DNA of 53,178 nucleotides from Selaginella moellendorffii (Eukaryota > Plantae > Lycopodiophyta), in NCBI RefSeq assembly GCF_000143415.4, contig NW_003314465.1, positions 1-53,178 of the forward strand, in the 5' to 3' direction. Of this stretch, positions 36,201 to 47,662 are shown piece after piece. Position numbers and translations under genes: made by a program. Below the pieces are notes generated by a model. That model was not told the DNA's origin. It did not search any database and saw only the letters and a list, made by a program, of their open reading frames with translations. How positions within the stretch are numbered: position 1 is the stretch's first letter; the number at the start of each line of letters is the position of its first letter.

Positions 36201-38150
36201 GAGCCGGTCAACTGCTGCAACAAAAGATCGTCGGAGGGATCGGAAAAGGGAAAAGCAGAACAAGATGGAAACACAAAAGGAAAGAGTGGGGGAACAAAAG
36301 TAATGGAAGCAGAGGTAGAAGTAGAGGGACGAAGAGGTATGGAAGTGAGAGGAATGGATGAAACATAAGGAAGTATAAGACAAGGGGAGAAGCCTCAAAG
36401 TCACACTTGGCATGATTGCGCTGCAACCAATCCATACCAAGAATGAGGTCAAAAGCTTGATTTGGCACCACCCGCAACGACTGCAACTCAAGCTCAAGAT
36501 CGCTCACACGCACAACCAGGTCCACCTCATCCCGTGCACATGCATGTGTACGGCCGTTGCCATAAAGAATGAAAACTGGTTCTGCCGCACGACGCAAGTG
36601 TAGACGACAACGTGTGGCAACAGGTCGAGCAATAGAAGATAAACGCGAACCTGTATCAACCAACACGGAGAGAATAATAGGAGACCTCTTGTTATAAAAA
36701 CGAACTTGGAAAGTAAACACTGGATGAACTGGTGCCGAGTGAACCCCTTGATGATACTCCCGAAAGAAAGATGGAGGGGTCACTGATTTATTCGCGCAAG
36801 GTCCCTCTGTTACTCGCGCGACTCCTCGTTTCCCGGATGCATCTCGGTGTCCAGACCTTCCACTGCAGCAGCACCCATGGGATGTTGCTGACGCCAAGGT
36901 CTCCACCTAGGAAATGGAGGTCGCCAATCCGGAAAATGACGGCAACGCCGATAAGTATGACCAACTTCATCACACGCCTAGCAGTGAACATCACGGCCAC
37001 GACCATGTCCTCGCTCTTGTCCTTGCACTCGAGCAACAGCAGCATCAACCTCCATTGGAACAGGACCATCACTCATAGGAAGTGGAGCGGAAGGACGTGC
37101 AGCGAGAAGTGGAAGAGGCGACGTCTCATAACGTTGTGCCAAGCGAAGTGCATCGTCAAGGGTGGCAGGAGCAAGTGCATGCATAAGGCCGACAAGATCT
37201 TGATGAAGTGCTGGCCACAACATTCCTAGCTTGATCCGCTCCAACATATTTGGCTCCGCATGAAGCAAAAGACTTCGGAAACGAACGCCAAATTGCATCA
37301 CCGACTTAGATGGCCCTTGGCGAAGATAATGCAATTGTTGGAAAGCATCATCACAATCATTGGTATGTCCGAAGGCGCATTTGAAGACGTACGGGAGAAC
37401 ACTCCAATCCCCACGAGTAGCTGCGCTCAAACCATTGTACCACTGCAACACCGTCCCTTGGAGACACATGGGAAACTCACGCAACCGTCGAGCATCATCC
37501 CAAGAATGATATGTGGCAATCACCGTGAAGTGATCGAACCAATGGTACACATCATCCCCAGGATTCCCGCGAAAGAACTCCGGCCGAACGCGAGGATTGG
37601 CACCAAGAGCAGGAGGAGTTGTACCATGTGCCGTGAATGCCGCCATCAACTGAGTTTGGTTGTTCAATTACAAGCGCATAGCATCAAGCAATTGTACCAA
37701 TTGCTGCTCTAGAGTCAAATGAGGAAATTGCTGATTTGCCATGAAGATGAACGAAAAAGAAAGAGCAAAAGAAGAGAAATGACAAAAAGCTAGAAGGAAA
37801 TGGTAGATCTAAATAACGCAAAAAGCTAAATCTAAACCAAAACCCTGAATAGAAAGAACAAAAGACAGGAAATGGAAAAAACTAGATTTAGACGATGCAA
37901 AAGCTAGATCTAAACCAAAATCCCAAATCCAAGCACTCATTAGGGACAATCAAAGATGCCCCTTACCTCCACCAATGTGAGTGCTTAGAATATGGAAAGG
38001 GAATACAGAAATGTGCATATCAATTAGCCCAAAAACCCTAGCTTATATACTGGAGCGAGTGGTCCAAATTAAAACCAATCCGATGGCTACCAAAATCCCA
38101 CTATGCTAATATTAGTATACGGCATCATAACTGTACACTTGGCCCTCACA
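33259..38150 (-). mobile_element. Full-length gypsy element, copy B (LTRs 33259-33433 and 37976-38150)
   Basis: Same TSD catt/catt, PBS, PPT and domains as copy A; longer RT (35223-36497) and integrase (33466-34572) ORFs; N gap at 34589-34741. Confidence 0.95.
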
Positions 38151-38249
38151 CATTGTGATATATTTTAGATAGCACAAAAGAAATTTAAAAAGAGGAGTAG
38201 TATATTTTAAATAGCACAACAAATTATTTAAAAAGAGGAGTAGTACTCA

Positions 38250-38731
38250 ATGGAATTTAACAATTGGTTCCTCAAGGTTTGGAAGAAACTAGAAACCTAG
38301 ACAGATAAAATTGATGGATCAATTCCTCTCTCTCTCTCTCTCTCTCTCTCTTCATTTGTTTCTTTCTTTCTATGATTTTGCAGAGTTGTCAAAAAAGGTA
38401 CTTGGCATTGGCTTTGAGGTTCCCATAGGCAAAAAGAAACTCATTCACTCTGTACCACAACAGAACTTGCAGGGGTGAGCTTTTAAATGTTCTGAAGCTA
38501 CTCTCTTGTTTTGACTTCCAGGTTCCGTGGATTCGAAAGGCCTGTAGGAAAACGTTTCACAAAGGTGCAGATATTCTCTCTACAAAAATCAACAATCCCA
38601 CCATTTTCTTCATCACATCTCCCGAGAATTGGGATAGCTCTCCAGCTTCCACTTGATCTCTGCCCACTTGAGATGAGATGCATGGATCCTACAAGAAGCC
38701 AGCCGTGGACACCACGCTGTTGCATCTCCCG
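38250..38731 (+). repeat. Inverted repeat left arm, copy B
   Basis: Reverse complement of 43425-43875. Confidence 0.9.
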
Positions 38732-38852
38732 AGCTATTTTGTTCAAGATGTGTGGTATACCGACGTGAACTATAAATTGCAGTGCAGGATCACATTCTAA
38801 CTGATTTAATGCTAGAAGCAGCTATGATATCTGACAACTCCAAAATGTTGAG

Positions 38853-39572
38853 CCTTCGTGACTTCCAACGCAAGAAATTAACCAGCTAGGAAACCCAGAG
38901 CAGTTATTAAAGAAATACGTTCCATTTCTTTGTGAGGAGTGTCAGCAATCGCAACTAACACTGATACTCTTGAATTTTTTTTCATCTGTGCATAATTTAG
39001 GTTGATTATGTATCTCAGTTCGGTGCTGACCAGTATCTACGTCTGGGGAAACTTCTTGTATTGTGTAGGATCATCTCGTTCTTGGACTCCAACATAATAA
39101 AATTCCATCGAGAAGAAATACTAATCTTCTCTATTGCAGGTTCGTGATAGTATTTATCTTATTTTCGCAAAACTTTCCGGGAAGTTTACTGTTAATTCTC
39201 CTTGGGCATACTCCCGATGCTGTTTCTTTTCTTTTGGAAAGCTCAGTGTTTTACTTGTCGTCACTAACACTAATACCAGATAGCACTACGCCTGTACAAG
39301 TACATAGCCTGAACATCCTAGCATGGTTTATTTCTGAAACTTCTATTTCGGACGAGAAGCAGTTACTGTTGGCCGTGGTTGGCTGCATTGTAGCTCTTGC
39401 AAGCACTTTGAAGGTAAATCTTGATTTCATAATTTAAACCAGTCTTAAATCTTTGTTTGTAGTCTGTGCCATGCGGTGCTTTAAAGAAATCAAGCAGGAA
39501 GGTCAAGTCTTGAAGCTTTCTGTGCTTTTGCGAGCCATACATGACAATTCCAAGAACTTCGTAAACAACAGG
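38853..39572 (+). pseudogene. HEAT-repeat-like host fragment, copy B
   Basis: Near-identical to 14881-15600. Confidence 0.3.
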
Positions 39573-39986
39573 AGGTTTTTGTCATCCTTTCTTCATACTA
39601 GTCTGCTCATCGAATGAGAGCAAGACAATTAGAACATGTGGTACGTTTCATTAAGTTGCACCTCCGCCAACAATTTCAATCTTTCTAAGAACTTCAGACA
39701 TCTCCCACCTTGCTTTGTTGGTTCGATCCAGCTGAAAATTATTGACTTGCCAGAAGGAAAGAAAGCAGAAAAGAATTCCTTGATTTGTTTCGTTACATGT
39801 ATACTTCTTTTCTTTCTGGCATGTCACCAGTTTTCTATGTTGGATCAAATCAATAGAGCAAGGCGGCTGTATGAAAGATTGAGACCCTCTGCATTAGCTA
39901 TTGCATCAACAACCCACAGATGTATGGCTAAGGGAGGGATGGAAATGAGTGGGATGACCATAACCTAAACGAGACGCAGACAAAGT

Positions 39987-40312
39987 TTAATACCTCACAG
40001 TCTCAATGGCTGCTTTGCCATCTAGTTTTGAAGCGTAGAACGATTGAAGGTAATTTCCATAGACGCTATCTTTGAAGCAAGCAGGCGCTTCGTCAGCGAC
40101 CAGCTGCGCCAGCAGAGCAATGTGACTATCTTCTGCTGGCCCATAGAATGAAGCAATGGAGACCATAGAATGAAGCAATGGAGCAATGAGGGTGGCGGCC
40201 AGGCGGCGGTGCAAGAGCTTCCCTCGCGGGAGGGAGTTGGAATCACCACATTGGCGCAGAAGAGTCGCGATTTGGCGTGGAGATGCCTGCAGGAGGCACC
40301 GCGATCACTCCT
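39987..40312 (-). pseudogene. PPR-headed chimeric fragment, copy B
   Basis: Near-identical to 16015-16340. Confidence 0.55.
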
Positions 40313-40770
40313 CTTGCTACTTCGCTGGATGTCATGGCAAAGACACACTCTCTCTCTCCATGATCCTGTGAAGAGCTTCATATGGATCATCACATTTTTT
40401 GTCAATAGCTTCACATAGGCACTAAACAACAGACATAAAGGAACTCAGAAGCAATCAGTCTTCTAAGCATCTTATCCTCCGGCATCAAATGTTGGATCAG
40501 TGATGTCCTTTTTGAAGTCTCGCTTGTTGTTTGAGGTGGGCACGTGCTCCTATTGGTGTTCATGGGGTGTTGCAAAGCTGTGGGCTCTCAATGTAAAGGG
40601 GATTTCCTTGGCAAAAGAGCTTGAAATTTTGGTGTGCTGTTTTTCTTGTTTTACCATTTTGTTTTACATGAGACATGTAGGAAATCCTGAGCTCAAAAGT
40701 TCACTAAGATTCATTTGCATAAACTACACTTTGGCAGAAAAATTATAACATTTACTACAAAATACAATAA

Positions 40771-41358
40771 TCAGTTAAAAACAACCCATTCATCATCGAA
40801 TGGATCTAGGACGTACAATTTGCCTTGCTTCTCCACACATTGTCCAATATTCCAGCGATGGGTAACTTTGGTAAAATCCACACACTTTGACAGCGCAAGA
40901 AGGAACGGGGTTACATCTGCCAAGAAGTGGTCATCCTTTGACCCCTCAAACTTTGGAGCCACCACCACGCTCTCTTGATGACCTTGGTAGAAGTCAATAA
41001 TGTCATCCAGTGCCACCACCCGCTTGAAATCCCGAAACCCTACATGGTCAAGATTCTTGACTTTCGTCCCGTCCTTTAGAACAACGCAATTGCCACCATG
41101 TAGCCTCCTCGACACAAGCCCCCCAGTAGGATCCAGATGGTCAACCACAAGGTTGACATACTTCTCCTGGGCGGCACTAAACACCACGATATCGTACACT
41201 TTTGAAACCTTCCCCAGAAATTCATCTACGCCTGGTCTCTTCATGATGTGGAGTGGTGCATCATCGTCGAATTCCATGCTGAAACTCACAGAAGAGACGA
41301 GATCCTTATGAGCGTATACCAGTGTATTGTCTAGATCGAGAATGAGTGTCTTCTTCAT
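40771..41358 (-). CDS. FCP1/SCP-type HAD phosphatase, copy B
   Basis: Protein identical to copy A; one synonymous change seen. Confidence 0.93.
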   Translation of the reverse strand: MKKTLILDLDNTLVYAHKDLVSSVSFSMEFDDDAPLHIMKRPGVDEFLGKVSKVYDIVVFSAAQEKYVNLVVDHLDPTGGLVSRRLHGGNCVVLKDGTKVKNLDHVGFRDFKRVVALDDIIDFYQGHQESVVVAPKFEGSKDDHFLADVTPFLLALSKCVDFTKVTHRWNIGQCVEKQGKLYVLDPFDDEWVVFN

Positions 41359-41784
41359 GATACCCTAAAAAATGACTCGTATTCCGTGGAAATGTAGAAG
41401 GGCCACAAAAGGTGACCAAAGGTGCCACGTCTGCCCTAAACTCTATCCGACGTGGCCTTTTTGTATTCTTGTACCCTACTATTGGCAAAGCCCAAGGGAG
41501 CCAGAGGAGCGCGTCGATCCTCAATGCAGCTTAGATTCCAAATCTAGGGCTGCCGTGATCGTCTGGCAAGGGCAGAGGTGAGTGCGCTGCTGGTTTGCGG
41601 CCTACTGTTGGCGAGGCGGAAGGAGGTGAGCATGCAATTGTAGCAAGTTTGTTGTGAATCCATTGATGGACAGCTGATGTGCGCATTCTAGGCTCCAGCC
41701 GTTGGATAAGTGCAGTAACGACTCCTCAATCTCTTTTGTGCTTTCAGCAACGACTCACAATGTTAACACTGACCAGAGTCCACC

Positions 41785-43143
41785 ATGGAGAGGAAGAGAG
41801 CTGCTGGTCCGAAGAAACTACACACTCAGAAGCGATCCGACGTCATGCTCGAAAGGACCCGCCCACTGGATCCGATTAACCGAGCTCGATCAGGTTGGTC
41901 AAAACTTGAAACATCTGCACTTGTCTGACGAAGATCCTCGTTGAAGCAGGAGCAGGAGAAACTGATCATGATGCATCCGCGTTGCAGGCTGCTCCTGACG
42001 CTGGTACGAAGAATTCCTTTTGTTGGCTGACACGACTCTTTGCTGGTTTGATTCATGACTTGCAGAATATGTTCGGCAATTCCTCGCAATGGCGCAACGC
42101 TTGGAGAGATTCAAGATGCTCTCGGCGAATGTTGTGAGCGGGATCGTGGAATCGATCCAAAAGGGAGGGGAGACTCCAGTTGCAGCAGCAGGTGGATACA
42201 ATAATTTCTCTCTTTGGCATCTTTTCGCTTCTGAGTGGCCCCTTGTCTCTCTTGTCCAGGCCGCTTCTGCAGCAGCTACGAAGTGCTCGCTTGTGTTGGC
42301 CAGGGGGCGTCCGGGAAAGTATACAAGTGCCGTAGCAAGGAGGACGAACAAATCTACGCCATCAAAGTCATCAAGGTTCGCACAGCAACGAAGTCCAGAG
42401 ACCAGGATGTCGCGCTCGTCTTCAAGGAGGGAGAGATGCTCCAGCGCTGCGAACACCCCAACATAGTCAAATACTTCGACATGTGGAAGGAGGAAGGCGA
42501 GCCGGGCAAGTCGAAAGTGTACATTGTCATGGAGTTTTGTGGCCGCTCGCTCCAGTCGGTGCTCCTCGGCGGTGAGTCACCACCTGCAGATGCGTTTAGG
42601 CAGCTTCTTCAAGCTGTGGCGCATGTGCACGACAACGTGGGTGTTCATCGGGATATAGCACCACACAACATCTTCGTCACAGACGATGGACGCATCAAGC
42701 TGGGAGATTTCGGTCTTGGTAGGCAAATGAAACATCTCTTCCATCTCTCATTTGTTGGCTTACAGCTAAAAATAAGGAGTCCATGCTCGAGACCGAAAAT
42801 ATCAAGAAGGGGAGAGCAGTTTACTACTCTCCCCAGCGCCGGAGCAACTCAACCTACACTGACATGCTTGCGCTTGGAGTTATACTCTTCGAACTTCATT
42901 GGAGGTGTCCCCCGGACCAGGTTTGGCTGCAGTTTGTGCAACGTGCTTGCTTAGTTTGGTGAATCTGTGTAGGAAAGGGAGTCGGTATTGATTGACGTCC
43001 GGGATGGCGTTTTACCAGCAGACTGGGCGTACCAACACCCATCAATTGCGCCCAAGGTGTTGGAGCTGGTCGCAGCAAGACGCGACCAGCGTCCATCCGC
43101 GCGCGACATCCTCTGCGATCCTGCCTGGCAATCTGTTTGGTGA
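41785..43143 (+). CDS. Stand-alone GCN2-like kinase, copy B
   Basis: Same exon structure at offset +23972; one D>E change seen (GGDTP/GGETP). Confidence 0.85.
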
Positions 43144-43424
43144 GTTTCTTTCATTACTCTGATTCTCTGCTTGGCTTCTAACATGTCTGTTTGCAGCTGA
43201 TCGTTGTAGTTGTTTAGATTTACTTGCTCCTTTTTGTCATCTTTGCAGTCTTGGTCTTTTTCAGCATGCTGATTTCGATTCAGAAATATGAATTCGTTGC
43301 CAGTTCATTGCATTTCTGCCAGGCCGAGTTGTTCTCGATCAAGGTTGCTGAACAACTCAAGGGCTTCCGACATTCTTGTAGTCAGGTTCGGTTCAAGGAA
43401 CAGGATTGGTAAACAGCACATTGA

Positions 43425-44059
43425 CGGGAGATGCAACAGCGTGGTGTCCACGGCTGGCTTCTTGTAGGGTCCATGCATCTCACCTCAAGTGGGCAGAGAT
43501 CGAGTGGAAGCTGGAGAGCTATCCCAATTCTCGGGAGATGCGATGAAGAAAATGGCGGGATTGTTGATTTTTGTAGAGAGAATATTCGCACCTTTGACCT
43601 GTTGACCTTTTTACAGGGAAACGTTTTCCTACAGGCCTTTCTGAATTGAATCCAAGGAACCTGGAAGTCAAAACAAGAGAGTAGCTTCAGAACACTCAAA
43701 AGCTCACCCCTGCAAGTTCTGTTGTGGTACAGGGTGAATGAGTTCCCCTTTTTTGACGAGTCTGCAAAATTATAGAAAGGATGAGTCAAATGGAGAGAGA
43801 GAGAAATATATATATATGAATTGATCCAGGTTTCTTGTTTTTTTCATACCTTGAGGAACCAATCGTTCAATTCCACTGATTTCTTTGCATACTTGAATGC
43901 AAAGAATAACAAATAATGAAGCTAGGTGCTTGGTTAGATTGAGGCAAGTTTTCAAATAGCTAGAACAATCTTTAGCTCTTTTAAGTTGTTTAGTGTTTAA
44001 CCATCATGACATCAATCTTAAAACATGTCCAGAAGTTGGATTTTGTGCCCTCTAGATTA
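43425..44059 (-). repeat. Inverted repeat right arm, copy B
   Basis: Homologous to 19453-20090. Confidence 0.9.
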
Positions 44060-44216
44060 ATGATGTTAATTTTAGACTCTTTGTCAGTGTTAATCCTTGT
44101 AATTTATAGGATAATATAGAGTTTCTCATATATTGTTTTTCAAATTTTACTTGATACTCTTCCAGTTCTAGATATGAGGCAAAATAAAGAACTTCATAGT
44201 ATTTTATATGAAAACT

Positions 44217-44751
44217 TTAAAGTTGCAAATCATTATGACCGCCATATTCAGTCTCCTCGCCATTGGCACCAACAGTGTTGACATTCTCATGGCCATCATC
44301 TTTGTCATTCGGCATGTCTTCATTGTTGCCTCTTGTAGCTTCTTGGTGGGTTGGTGTATAATTTGGCATCTCTAATTCCCAAGGACAAGCTTGCTTTATT
44401 GCCGCTGGAAACTTCATTGTTGTCGGGTACATGCCTCCATCTCTCACACCATGCTTTAGGAGTCGTGTGCATACCAGTGTTTCGAGAGGAATACCTCTAT
44501 ATTAGAGATACCTATAATAGAATATAAATAAATTGAGTATAGTTGAGAAATTGTATGTTACCTAAAAGCCGCTCGACGCATGAAGTAAAGTTGGCCAAGT
44601 TGTTTATCAAATGGAGTCGTGCTTGTGGCCTTCTTTGGCAGCCAGTCCTCTCCGAGTTTTATAAGCTTAGTGGTGATGAAGTCCTTGAATGGAAATTGCT
44701 CAAGATCATCCCCTATAAAAGGTGCTAGACACATCTCCCCTTCATATACAG
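44217..44751 (-). pseudogene. ParB-motif gene copy B, 3' part
   Basis: Homologous to 20251-20766; the reading frame ..YISLTV|YEGEMCL.. is split by the LTR insertion. Confidence 0.6.
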
Positions 44752-44979
44752 TGTGAGACACAAAATCCGTAGGCCCCAAAGTGGAGCCGGAAGGGCGCCA
44801 CATGGTAGTGGCCGAAGCGAGAGCCAAATGAGTGTGACACGTTTGGACCAAAAGCTCCGACTTGAAAAGTCAAGAGCGGGAGTGGAATTCCCAACGAAGT
44901 GCTCGAGGAACAAGCACGAAGCAAGCAAAAGGCGAGGCTCCAAAAAGGGACCCAAAAGGACCAACACATGACACGTGGG

Positions 44980-45437
44980 AGTGTCTGAGATGGACTCGAG
45001 TTGGAGTCCGAAGTGGAGTCCGAGATGGACCCGAGTTGGAGTCCGAAGTGGAGTCCGAGATGGACCCGAGTTGGAGTCCGAAGTGGAGTCCGAGATGGAC
45101 CCGAGTTGGAGTCCGAAGTGGAGTCTGAGATGGACCCGAGATGGAGTCTGAGATGGAGTCCGAAGTGGAGTCCGAGGTGGACCCGAGATGGACCCGAGTT
45201 GGAGTCCGAAGTGGAGTCCGAGATGGACCCGAGATGGAGTCCGAGATGGAGTCTGAGATGGAGTCCGAGGTGGACCCGAGATGGACCCGAAATGGAGTCC
45301 GAGATGGAGTCCGAGATGGACCCGAGATAGAGTCCGAGATGGAGTCCGAGATGGACCCGAGATGGACCCGAGATGGAGTCCGAGATGGAGTCCGAGATGG
45401 AGTCCGAAGTTGAGACCGAGACCGGGACCGAGACCGG

Positions 45438-45473
<36 letters not shown>

Positions 45474-45560
45474 GATCGGGACCGAGACCGAGCCCGAGCC
45501 CGAGTCCGAGTCCGAATCCGAGTCCGAGTCCGAGTCCGAGTCCGAGTCCGAGTCCGGAGC
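44980..45560 (+). repeat. Minisatellite array inside the 5' LTR (gagtccgagatg / gacccgagatg / gagacc / gagtcc)
   Basis: Directly visible 11-12-bp and 6-bp units; the equivalent region of the 3' LTR is an N gap (50841-51152). Confidence 0.95.
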
Positions 45561-47378
45561 CTGAGAGGGTGAAAGCCCAAAGCGTTCGTCTCCCAGACCC
45601 TGGGGGGTTTGGTGAGCTCCAAAAGTATAGTAGGGGGAGGACTGCAGTGGAGCCAGTTTGGCCAGGAAAGGCCAGTTTGGCCCAGGAAGGCCGGACCCAG
45701 TGTTGGGTGATGAGCTGCCCACTGGGAAGTCCAAGACTAGAGTGAACACAGACTGACAAGTGGGGTAGCTTGGTGAAGTGTTCAAGAGCCGGCTCTAGTT
45801 CCCCCGGGAGATCGACTGGCCGATGCTCCCAGTCCAAGTGTGGGTGGCACTACCTACTTGGATACCAGGCGTGGCTCAACGGAACCTCGCTCTAAGCCCA
45901 TGGCTAGAGCACCTAAAGGCGAAAGGTGGGGAGAGTACCCAGGTGGCTCGCGTAAGGCCACGGTGTTCCGAAATGGTGTCCCAAAGTCCCAGACTGTGGA
46001 AAGGAAGAGGGGTAGCCCGCGGGTGGGGTGACCAAGGACACAGTCACACAGTGAGGAAGTCCTCAAGGATAGTGGGATTTAGTGGTCGGGCCGGTGGGCC
46101 TTGATCCAGTGGCAGTGTTGGCGAACACAGCCAAGGACAGAAAGGGACTTGGTGGGGACCGGAACAAAGATATTGGGGAAGGCTATTCCCCATGTCTGTA
46201 GGCATCCTAAGGATGTTAAGGAGTGGATCTGGGATGATCCCTCATGGACGGATGACCCAGTCTTTGAGAGACGGGATTGGAATGCAGGTGGTGTTGGACC
46301 ACCAGTGTGACCAAGGTAATTGGGCATGGCCTTAGCGTAACGGGCCGATACGTCGGTGGTACCTTGGGGTGTCTATCATGGGATCGGACACGTGGAGCAC
46401 TTGGACCAAGTGCTAAGGTTGAGTGGCATGGATGCCATTCTTGGGGCTAGCAAGCCCCAAGTCCTGAGTTGGACTTATGGAGGTTGTGAATAAGACTCCT
46501 CCAAGTGGTCGGAGGTGTGGTTAAGTGACTAAAGTAGAATGGAAAAATTAGTCGCTTACAACTTGGTATCGGAGCTGTTCCTTAGTCCGACTTTTATTGG
46601 TGCTCAAGTATATCACCACTAGTGTTGGCATCGAAAGGTCCGAGGAGTGGGCCTATCCTTGAGGAGTAGCAAGTCGGGAAGACATGGCTCTCCATTACAG
46701 TTCATGTGTGAACTTGTAGACGAGGTGGTGGATAGAAAAGGGCCAATAATGGAACGACTTTGGGATCTTGGGAACAGTATATGGTTTTCCTCAAAGAGTT
46801 GAGGATGTGATCTAGATGAGCGTTTGACTTAGCAAATTGGCTAATGTAGTTGTGGTAAACAACTACAGTTGGGATCACGGGAAAGATAAAGACTCCAAAG
46901 CAATAAGGAGTCACAAGATTTTCCTCATATAGTTGAGGTTGGTGCTCATGAATGTGAGACCAGAAGTAATGACCGTGGGAGGTCAAATACGGAAGAAGAC
47001 TCAAGTCCTTGAAAAGGTAGCCGGGGCTACCTCTAATAAATGCTGGAATAACCTCAGGAGTTGGGGGTGTATTAAGTGGATGAGTTGGTGTTCTCATCAC
47101 ATGGACAAGTAGTCCTAAGGGGCAAAGGTTGCCCCCAGAGAACAAAATCAAGTGTCGGAGTAACACTTGTGAAAATAGTCCTTTTGAGTAGGACAGGAAT
47201 GCAAGAAGTGTATTCCAGTGAGCTAGTGCCTCACAAGTAGGACCTTACGGGTCTGTGGATTAACCAAGTCCAAAACTGCTGGATGGGAAAGGTGTTCCCA
47301 GAAGAAAACAACTTTGACATAAAGTTGTGTGTGACCTCTATGGTGCAGTGCTAACGGATGGTTGGCATGAGAAAGAGC

Positions 47379-47662
47379 GGTGTTGGTCTTGGCAAAGACT
47401 TAGACACGAAGGGGAAATGTCATAGAGGTAGGCTCGTGGAGCCGATGGTGTGGAGACACCAAATGTCGAAAGGTGTGATACCTTGAGGCTATGTTGGTGG
47501 GTTCATGAGAACCCCTCAAAAGGGGTGTTGGTCTTGGCAAAGACATAAACACGAAGTGGGAAGTGTCATAGAGGTAGGCTCGTGGAGCCGATGGTGTGGA
47601 GACACCAAATGTGCCAAGGTGTGATACCTTGAGGCTATGTTGGTGGGTTCATGAGAACCCCT
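47379..47662 (+). repeat. ~145-bp tandem duplication in the internal region
   Basis: ggtgttggtcttggcaaagac..ggttcatgagaacccct at 47379-47516 and 47524-47662. Confidence 0.9.

Noticed and set aside
44725-45837. Long ORFs with GL, SD or RT/RS repeats
   Set aside because: Artefacts of the stop-free minisatellite inside an LTR.
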